Part shown: positions 57,367 to 64,000 of the stretch, in pieces | Layout of the letters: each line of letters begins with the position of its first letter | Position numbering within the stretch: position 1 is the first letter of the stretch | DNA from: Candidatus Magasanikiibacteriota bacterium | GTDB taxonomy: Bacteria; Patescibacteriota; Patescibacteriia; Magasanikbacterales; GWA2-37-8 | DNA length: 64,000 bases | Direction of reading: 5' to 3' | Assembly (NCBI GenBank): GCA_963802255.1 | Contig: CAWDHY010000002.1 | Location: 183,480-247,479 of the forward strand | Translations under genes and position numbers: made by a program | The notes under the pieces: generated by a model | The model's input: only the letters and a program-made list of their open reading frames with translations | What the model was told of the DNA's origin: nothing | The model's database searches: none

Positions 57367-58587
57367 ATGCCAGCATTTTTTGAACTAATTCACGAAGACA
57401 AAAAAACCGGCGCGCGCGCCGGAATTATACATACCGACCACGGGGACATACCAACCCCTTGTTTTATGCCGGTCGGAACTCAGGCGACTGTTAAAACTCT
57501 GGACCAAACCGATTTAGAAAAACTGGACGCGCCAATCATCCTCGGAAATACTTACCATCTTCATCTGCGCCCGGGTGAGGACCTCATCCATGAGCTCGGC
57601 GGACTGCATGAATTTATGAATTGGAAACATCCAATTCTAACTGACTCCGGAGGCTTCCAGGTTTTTAGCCTGGGATTGCAAAAAGAAGGAAAAGGACAAG
57701 GAGGACTAGTGGAAATTGATGAAGATGGCGTGGCTTTCAAATCGCATATCGACGGCTCCACGCATCGTTTCACTCCGGAATCAGCCATCCAAATTCAACA
57801 CAAACTCGGCGCGGATATAATTATGGCCTTTGATGAATGCACGCCTGACAGCGCGCCATACGAATATACAAAAGAAGCAATGGAGCGGACACATCGCTGG
57901 GCCGAGAGATGCTTGGCCGAACATGAAAAGCTCGGCCGTGTCATTCTGAATGGAGCGAAGCGAAGTGAAGAATCCCTTGCGGCTCGCAATAAGGGATCCT
58001 TCGCTAACGCTCAGGATGACAAACCGCATAACCAATTTCTTTTTGGCATCATTCAAGGCGCCAAACACAAAGATCTGCGCGAAGAGTCGGCCCGATATAT
58101 TTCTTCGCTTGATTTTGACGGCATCGCTATCGGCGGAGAATCAATCGGATATAATATGGAGGCGACCGCAGAAATAATGAACTGGTTAAAACCGATTTTG
58201 CCGAAAGACAAACCGCGCTACACAATGGGCGTCGGACTTTCCCCAAGTGATTTGCTGAAAGTAGTGTCAAATGGCGCGGATATGTTTGACTGTGTGGCGC
58301 CGACCCGCCTAGCCCGCCACGGTATGCTGTTTATCAAAAATGATGAAGAAAGAATAAATATTAATAACGCGCAATTTGCCAAAGATTCATCACCGATTGA
58401 TAAAAATTGCGATTGTCCGGTATGCGCAAAATATTCTCGCGCCTATATTCACCATCTATTCAATGCCGGGGAAATGACCGGCCAGCGTCTGGCAACAATT
58501 CACAACATTCACTTTATGCTGAATCTGATGCGTGAAGCGCGACGGGCTATTTTGGAAGACAAATTTGAAAAAATGATAAAATTATAA
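57367..58587 (+). CDS. tgt: queuine tRNA-ribosyltransferase (tRNA-guanine transglycosylase) with an about 28-aa in-frame insertion from the palindromic repeat element
   Basis: TIM-barrel motifs (DSGGFQ, zinc site CDCPVC...H); the GC-rich insert encodes GRVILNGAKRSEESLAARNKGSFANAQDDKPHN before the conserved QFLFGIIQG. Confidence 0.85.
   Translation: MPAFFELIHEDKKTGARAGIIHTDHGDIPTPCFMPVGTQATVKTLDQTDLEKLDAPIILGNTYHLHLRPGEDLIHELGGLHEFMNWKHPILTDSGGFQVFSLGLQKEGKGQGGLVEIDEDGVAFKSHIDGSTHRFTPESAIQIQHKLGADIIMAFDECTPDSAPYEYTKEAMERTHRWAERCLAEHEKLGRVILNGAKRSEESLAARNKGSFANAQDDKPHNQFLFGIIQGAKHKDLREESARYISSLDFDGIAIGGESIGYNMEATAEIMNWLKPILPKDKPRYTMGVGLSPSDLLKVVSNGADMFDCVAPTRLARHGMLFIKNDEERININNAQFAKDSSPIDKNCDCPVCAKYSRAYIHHLFNAGEMTGQRLATIHNIHFMLNLMREARRAILEDKFEKMIKL
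57940..58022. repeat. GC-rich palindromic repeat element of about 83 bp (copy T) inserted in frame in tgt; same family as the copy in uvrD
   Basis: Shares gtcattc..gaatccctt..agggatcc..cgctc.ggatgacaa blocks with copy U; internal stem gaatccctt / aagggatcc. Confidence 0.6.
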
Positions 58588-58592
58588 TTTTC

Positions 58593-58628
58593 AAAAAAAA
58601 TAGCGGCCCATGAAACAGGCCGCTTTTT
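58593..58628 (+). terminator. intrinsic terminator after tgt (agcggcc-catgaaaca-ggccgct plus T-tract)
   Basis: Perfect 7-bp stem plus TTTTTT. Confidence 0.7.
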
Positions 58629-58700
58629 TAATGCAAGAACAATGGACTCGCCAACCCTTTAATCGCAATATAGAGATCACGATGAGTTAACGACGGGTCG

Positions 58701-59021
58701 TTATAATCCAGGGAATGGCGGGTCGCTATAATCCGGCTCGTCGCCATATTTGCGGTATGATTGAACCGCCTTTTCAAAACGAGGATAAGCACTCGCAACC
58801 GCAAAAATAATTATCCGCCTAAACAAAAAACCGATCACAAAAATAGAAGGCACAATGATGAAAGCAAAATATTTCGAACCAGCAACCTCCGCCGCCAAAA
58901 TAATACCGGCAATAAAGGAAATCGCAAAAAGTAAAAAAACACCCCACCTAATGAAAAAAAATTCGTAGAGACCGGCGAGCACATCAACGGCGTCACTGCA
59001 GGATTCTTCATCTTTTGACAT
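58701..59021 (-). CDS. hypothetical small membrane protein (two TM helices)
   Basis: Intact 106-aa ORF with two hydrophobic segments. Confidence 0.4.
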   Translation of the reverse strand: MSKDEESCSDAVDVLAGLYEFFFIRWGVFLLFAISFIAGIILAAEVAGSKYFAFIIVPSIFVIGFLFRRIIIFAVASAYPRFEKAVQSYRKYGDEPDYSDPPFPGL

Positions 59022-59113
59022 TTTGTCCTCCTCGTTTTGTATTTAAAAAGTGCCATCTTTCATGGTATCATTCGGATCTGCGGCTGTCAAAAAATTTTAT
59101 TAAATAGAAAATA

Positions 59114-59521
59114 TTATTGCCCGATACAATCTCCCGCTTTAAACAAGTCCATAGCCGATGGGGTTGCTCCAGCAACCAATTCATTTGCCCGTTCCGGTCC
59201 GAGTTTTTCTACAAAACACATCTGCATCGCCGGAGTAATCTCTGTCGGAAGTTTGCTCACATCCACACCCAAGTTTTCCAACGTACTCTCCTGGTCAGAT
59301 GTCAGCAAAGGATTTTTATCAACAGTGGCACCACCGGTATCAGTCGTGGCCGGCGCGCTCTCTAACGGCGTATACCCTTCAATTTTCGCGCTTAAATAAC
59401 TGTTGATGATACCGCCGATCAATTTTGTTCTTAAATTAAAAGGGTTAAAAACTAAAACAATAATTAACACGAAAATAGCTGCTAAAATCGCTGTCGCCAA
59501 ACCCCAAAATATTTTTTTCAT
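59114..59521 (-). CDS. hypothetical membrane-anchored protein (135 aa)
   Basis: N-terminal TM helix, then soluble domain. Confidence 0.4.
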   Translation of the reverse strand: MKKIFWGLATAILAAIFVLIIVLVFNPFNLRTKLIGGIINSYLSAKIEGYTPLESAPATTDTGGATVDKNPLLTSDQESTLENLGVDVSKLPTEITPAMQMCFVEKLGPERANELVAGATPSAMDLFKAGDCIGQ

Positions 59522-59593
59522 AAAAAAATAATTAATAATTTACTATTGTTATTTAACCATAAAAAAAGTATAATTTCAATAAACAATAAGCAT

Positions 59594-60073
59594 ATGCTAC
59601 ATATTACCATAATTTGCTTGGGAAAACTCAAAGAAAAGTATTGGCGCTCAGCCGAGGCCGAATATTTGAAACGGCTCTCCCCTTTTGCCAAAATAGAAAT
59701 CAAAGAACTAAAAGAGGAATCATTTGGAGAAAAAGATGACCCAATTGAAATTAAAAGAAAAGAAGCGGAAAAAATAAAAAAGGCGTTAGTCGGGAAAGCC
59801 GACGGTTTTATCATTGCTCTTGATGAAAACGGCGAACCATTTTCCTCAATACGATTTGCCGATAAAATTAATTCGCTGGGTGAAAATAGAAAAACCGATA
59901 TTGTTGTTATTATCGGCGGACCGCTGGGTTTAAACGATTCAATATTAAATATCGCGGATATGACACTGTCCTTGTCTTCATTCACTTTCACTCATCAAAT
60001 GGCACGCGTAATATTACTCGAACAAATTTACCGGGCAATGATGATAAACAGCGGAAGAAAATATCATTATTGA
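59594..60073 (+). CDS. rlmH: 23S rRNA (pseudouridine1915-N3)-methyltransferase RlmH (SPOUT)
   Basis: MLHITIICLGKLKEKYW start and SPOUT knot motifs (IGGPLGL...FTHQMARVILLEQIYRA). Confidence 0.8.
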   Translation: MLHITIICLGKLKEKYWRSAEAEYLKRLSPFAKIEIKELKEESFGEKDDPIEIKRKEAEKIKKALVGKADGFIIALDENGEPFSSIRFADKINSLGENRKTDIVVIIGGPLGLNDSILNIADMTLSLSSFTFTHQMARVILLEQIYRAMMINSGRKYHY

Positions 60074-60146
60074 TCTAGCGCTATTTTTGACCTTTAACCG
60101 ATAATAAGCTAAAATACGAACCATAAATCATTCATCTAAACCCTTT

Positions 60147-61124
60147 ATGTCCCGCGTTTTTTCCGGCATCCAGCCGACAAACATTCTCCATATCGGCAAC
60201 TACCTTGGCGCCATAAAAAATTGGATTGAACTGCAAGATAAATACGATTGTGTTTTTTCGGTTGTTGATTTGCACGCCATGACCGTCAAAACCAACCCGA
60301 AAACATTCAACGATAATATATTAATGATGGCCAAAACATATCTGGCGTTTGGAATTGACCCAAATAAATCTTTAATATTTCGCCAGTCCGATGTGCCAGC
60401 CCATACAGAACTCACCTGGATATTGAATACCATTACTAAAATATCCGAGTTGGAAAGAATGACTCAATTCAAGGACAAGGCAAAACAACATAAAGAAAAC
60501 GTGAACGTGGGTTTATTCGGCTATCCGGTTCTAATGGCCGCCGATATCCTTCTTTACGACACCAATCTGGTGCCGGTGGGCGAAGATCAGGTTCAGCACA
60601 TTGAGCTCACCCGCACGCTGGCAGAAAGATTTAATAAATTATATGGCGAAACATTTGTTCTGCCCGAGCCGTTGGTTAAAAAACACGGGGCGCGTATTAT
60701 GGGGTTGGATGATCCAAGCAAAAAAATGAGTAAGTCATCATCAAATGCCGGCAGTTATATTGCCCTGCTTGATGACCCTGCCGTTGCCTCAAAAAAAATA
60801 ATGCGGGCAGTGACGGATTCGGGTAGTGAAATAAAATCAGGGGCTAGTAAGCCGGCGCTAACCAATTTGCTCACTATTTATTCCCTTCTTTCCAATCGTG
60901 AAATCAAAGATATTGAAAAAGAATATGCGAACAAAGGATATGCCGACTTCAAAAAAGGATTGGCTGAAACAGTTACAAATTTCCTTTCAGATTTTCAGAC
61001 AAAATTTAATGCCATAAAAAACAACGAAGTGCTTGATATTCTTCTGGACGGCGGAAAAAAAGCAAATGCAATTGCTGATAAAAAAATGCTGGATGTCAAA
61101 GCCAAGGTCGGCATAACTTTATAA
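60147..61124 (+). CDS. trpS: tryptophan--tRNA ligase
   Basis: Class I HIGN and KMSKS motifs, 325 aa. Confidence 0.9.
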   Translation: MSRVFSGIQPTNILHIGNYLGAIKNWIELQDKYDCVFSVVDLHAMTVKTNPKTFNDNILMMAKTYLAFGIDPNKSLIFRQSDVPAHTELTWILNTITKISELERMTQFKDKAKQHKENVNVGLFGYPVLMAADILLYDTNLVPVGEDQVQHIELTRTLAERFNKLYGETFVLPEPLVKKHGARIMGLDDPSKKMSKSSSNAGSYIALLDDPAVASKKIMRAVTDSGSEIKSGASKPALTNLLTIYSLLSNREIKDIEKEYANKGYADFKKGLAETVTNFLSDFQTKFNAIKNNEVLDILLDGGKKANAIADKKMLDVKAKVGITL

Positions 61125-61126
61125 AA

Positions 61127-61390
61127 ATGGAAAATGATTTAAACCCGGTGCCGCTAATGTTGCCCGAACCGGGACTCGGCCAAAAATTATTTAAACAGCT
61201 CATTATCCTTGGCGCCGCGTTAATTATTATCATAGCCGGTTGTATTTTTGTTTATTTAAAAAAACAACCCCCAAAAGAGGATGACCGCGCGCAGATAATT
61301 ATTCCCATACCTACAATTCCTATGATACTTGCATCTGAAGCGTTTCAAAACGAAGGATATATCCCAGGCAAGTTCACTTGTGACGGACTA
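61127..61390 (+). pseudogene. N-terminal fragment of a membrane-anchored PEBP/YbhB-like protein, truncated at the compositional junction
   Basis: TM helix then YIPGKFTCDG (PEBP signature start); the reading frame then runs into GC-rich DNA with non-protein-like translation. Confidence 0.35.
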
Positions 61391-61750
61391 AATATCAACT
61401 CCCACGGGCACAGACTCGGATGTTATCCTCAGTGGCGCTCCGACAGTGGATTCATCAATGCCAAGGTGATGCAGAACTTGTGTTTGCCCCTCAACATTGC
61501 CTCCGCCATGGCTTCCCATGGCTGCTACAATAAATGGCTGCGCTCCCATGGCATGCAGAGAATCGACAACTGTTTTCAATACAGACGGGATGCCCGTGAT
61601 TCCCCTGCTCCCGGCCGTAACAGCAACGCTCATGCCGGGATGCACGCTGGATGCAAATCTTTGCATCTGCTGCTCAATCACAGCGGCAACATTATCGATG
61701 CGCGGCCTTGGGAAATGCTGTCGTATTTTTGCAAGCGCCAACTGTTTCAT
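61388..61750 (-). pseudogene. N-terminal 120-aa fragment of a LarA-like (DUF2088, lactate racemase N-terminal domain) protein, truncated
   Basis: MKQLALAKIRQHFPRP...MSVAVTAGSRGITGIP...AAMGSHGG pattern like the LarA N-terminus; ends at the junction with AT-rich DNA. Confidence 0.3.
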
Positions 61751-61821
61751 CGCTATAGTTTGTCCTTATCATAGAGTCTTTGCAGGATTACCGTTCGGAA
61801 ATCCTGCAAATAATCGCTTCC

Positions 61822-62796
61822 TTACTTCAGCTTCATCAATTTTTCTTCAGATAGAAGCTGTTTTATCAGCTCCGTCTGCTCCTGCATATATTTCGTTGCC
61901 TGCGCCATGTTCATGGGGTTGGGCACAAAGCCAGCGTCTGTTAATTTGGCCTGGACTTCCTTGTCGGTAACAACTGCATAGAACGCTTTGTCAAGCTTCT
62001 GTTTGATATCCTCCGGAAGATTCTTCGGCGCAATTATGCCACGGTCAATACGCGGATAAATCTTGTACCCCATTTCAGCGAATGTGGGAACATCCGGCAA
62101 TTGTTTCATCCGCTGTTCCGTGCCTACCGCAAGAATTTCCACCCCGCTTCCTTGCATTTCAACTGCAGCAGGTGAGTTTGTAAACGCCGCATCGACGTGT
62201 CCACCCATGATTTGCGGTTTTACCTGTCCGGTCCCCTGCAGCGGGATATACGTCAGTTGAATGCCGGCCAGCTTCATGAACTGGAGCACATTCAGATGTG
62301 GCCCTGAAAATTTTCCTACGGCGGATATCGTTATTTTCCCCGGGTTTTTCTTTGCGTAGTCGATAAATTCTGTCAGCGTCTTTGCCGGAAACCCTTTCTT
62401 CACAACGAGCGTTGCCGGGGTGTTCTCAATCATCGTAAGATATGTGAAATCCTCTGTCTTGTACTGAACATCCTCCATCGTAAGCGGCTGCGTGATAACA
62501 TGCGGCGAATTGAAGCCCGCAAGCGTATATCCATCCGCCTTTGCATTCGCCAGGGTCTGCCATGCGAGCGCACCACCGGCAGCCGGCTTATAATCCGGAG
62601 CAAAACGGACGCCGAGCGCCTTTTCAAAATACGGTTGCATGGCCCGGAATTCGATATCCGACTCGCCCCCGGGATTGAATGCGATGATGTACGAGATTTC
62701 TTTTGCCGGATACGTTTCGCCTGCTGCCTGGACTGCGGTTACTGAAAAAACAAGAACAACTGACAGGATGATGCTGACAAAATGTTTTCTTTTCAT
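61822..62796 (-). CDS. tctC: tripartite tricarboxylate transporter substrate-binding protein (TctC/Bug family), GC-rich
   Basis: Signal peptide, 324 aa periplasmic binding protein typical of the Bug family. Confidence 0.7.
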   Translation of the reverse strand: MKRKHFVSIILSVVLVFSVTAVQAAGETYPAKEISYIIAFNPGGESDIEFRAMQPYFEKALGVRFAPDYKPAAGGALAWQTLANAKADGYTLAGFNSPHVITQPLTMEDVQYKTEDFTYLTMIENTPATLVVKKGFPAKTLTEFIDYAKKNPGKITISAVGKFSGPHLNVLQFMKLAGIQLTYIPLQGTGQVKPQIMGGHVDAAFTNSPAAVEMQGSGVEILAVGTEQRMKQLPDVPTFAEMGYKIYPRIDRGIIAPKNLPEDIKQKLDKAFYAVVTDKEVQAKLTDAGFVPNPMNMAQATKYMQEQTELIKQLLSEEKLMKLK

Positions 62797-62844
62797 TGCG
62801 ACTCCTTTCTCTTTAAGGTGAGGTTATTAAGAGGTCCTAACGTT

Positions 62845-64000
62845 TCATACATCATCATCGCCGATCTTTTCCTTGAGCTTTGACCTTCTGTTGCGGATCG
62901 ACGGAAGCATTGTCGACATGATCAGCAGGGCAGACACAGTCATGAATGTTGCTGAAATCGGTTTTGTTAAAAAAACGCTCGCGTCGCCCTGATTGATCAG
63001 CAGCGAGAGGCGGAGATTGCTTTCCATCATCGGTCCAAGAACAAGGGCGAGAATGAGTGGCGCCATCTCGAACTTGAACTTTCGCATCAGGTATCCAAGA
63101 ACTCCGAATCCGATCATCAGGCCTATTTCGACCTGACTGAAGTTCAGGCTGTAGACGCCGATGAGGCAGAAGATAAGGATGAGCGGGAACAAAATTGAAT
63201 AGGGAATTTTCAAAACCTTTATCCAAATGGGGATTAAAGGCAGATTCAGTACGAGCAGCATGGCGTTGCCTAGATACATGCTTATGATCGTTCCCCAGAA
63301 AATATCCGGATATTTTGAAATGAACATGGGTCCCGGCTGTAACCCATGTACCATGAATGCACCGAGAAGAACAGCAATAACCGAATTTGCCGGAATACCG
63401 AGCGTAAAGAGCGGAATCATGGCGCCGCTGGAGGCCGCATTGTTCGCAGCCTCCGGACCCGCGACTCCGGCGATGAAGCCGGTCCCGAATCTTTCAGGGG
63501 TTTTTGAAAGTTTCTTCTCCAATGCATAGGATGCGTAGGTGGAAATAACCGGCGAAGGGCCCGGCAGCACGCCGATCAGAAAACCGAGCCCGCTTCCGCG
63601 CAATATCGGCATAATGGCGTCTTTCCAGTCCTGAAGATTCGGGAAAAGGTTCTTCACCTTTTCCGTAACAAGCGTTGTTGGGATAATCCGTTCCACGTTC
63701 ATCAGGATTTCTGAGATGCCGAAGAGCCCCATCACCGCGGGGATAAAGCCGATTCCGTCAGCTAGCTCAAGAACTCCGAACGTAAGCCGCTGCGTTCCTG
63801 CGATGGTATCCATGCCGATGGTGCCGAGCAGCAGACCAAACACGGCGGTCATAAAATCTTTTAGAATCGTACCGGACGACATGTAAATGATGATGACAAT
63901 ACCCATCAGCAGCATCGAAAAATATTCAGGCGGACCGAAGGCGAGCGCAAACTCCGCCATGGGAGGCGCCAGAAGCACTATACCGACAATGCCCAACGTG
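62845..64000 (-). CDS. tctA: tripartite tricarboxylate transporter permease TctA, C-terminal about 383 aa (gene continues beyond window end)
   Basis: Multi-TM permease with TctA-type sequence; GC-rich composition continuous with tctC. Confidence 0.7.
   Translation of the reverse strand, partial: TLGIVGIVLLAPPMAEFALAFGPPEYFSMLLMGIVIIIYMSSGTILKDFMTAVFGLLLGTIGMDTIAGTQRLTFGVLELADGIGFIPAVMGLFGISEILMNVERIIPTTLVTEKVKNLFPNLQDWKDAIMPILRGSGLGFLIGVLPGPSPVISTYASYALEKKLSKTPERFGTGFIAGVAGPEAANNAASSGAMIPLFTLGIPANSVIAVLLGAFMVHGLQPGPMFISKYPDIFWGTIISMYLGNAMLLVLNLPLIPIWIKVLKIPYSILFPLILIFCLIGVYSLNFSQVEIGLMIGFGVLGYLMRKFKFEMAPLILALVLGPMMESNLRLSLLINQGDASVFLTKPISATFMTVSALLIMSTMLPSIRNRRSKLKEKIGDDDV

Noticed and set aside
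61127-61774. 215-aa plus-strand ORF after trpS
   Set aside because: Only the first about 85 aa look like a real protein (PEBP-like); the rest is read-through into compositionally different DNA and is non-protein-like

Overview
This window is AT-rich (about 36-38% GC) and looks like a Candidate Phyla Radiation (Patescibacteria-type) chromosome segment. The evidence is: no rpmD (L30) between rpsE and rplO; S14 type Z; native genes have little or no Shine-Dalgarno (SD) sequence; and there are many near-consensus sigma70 promoters and clean hairpin plus T-tract terminators. The core content is housekeeping. It includes pheST, rseP, a lemA/htpX pair, a phosphohexomutase, clpC, radA, recG, der, pth, dprA, topA, a short rel/spoT, parAB, asnS, recO, ruvX, map, adk and secY. 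It also holds a near-complete S10-spc ribosomal cluster, tuf, fusA, rpsG, rpsL, a UvrD/PcrA helicase, tgt, rlmH, trpS, and three tRNAs (Arg-GCG, Val-CAC, Leu-CAA). Unexplained structure falls into eight groups. (1) Two related GC-rich palindromic elements of about 85-90 bp are inserted IN FRAME inside the uvrD/pcrA and tgt coding sequences, resembling Rickettsia palindromic elements. (2) Several discrete GC-rich (52-58% GC) gene cassettes sit at intergenic sites. Each has its own TTGAC(A/G)-N17 promoter and a strong AGGAGG SD, unlike native genes, and an intrinsic terminator. One of them is a 412-aa coiled-coil protein that, together with a Phd/YefM-like acidic protein and two small ORFs, splits the normally contiguous fusA-tuf junction. 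(3) One GC-rich unit bounded by a promoter and a terminator has no convincing ORF, and is a candidate ncRNA or small ORF. (4) rpsL and rplW each show an apparent single-base frameshift. (5) A terminator-like hairpin sits between rpsJ and rplC. (6) An operon of cell-surface proteins follows clpC, including a Cys-less (SxxS) DsbA paralog and a pilin-like plus lytic-transglycosylase fusion. (7) At about 61.39 kb there is an abrupt junction to GC-rich proteobacteria-like DNA. A truncated PEBP-like native gene abuts a truncated LarA-like fragment followed by tctC and tctA. This is either a chimeric assembly or a foreign insertion. (8) No CRISPR array or rRNA was seen.
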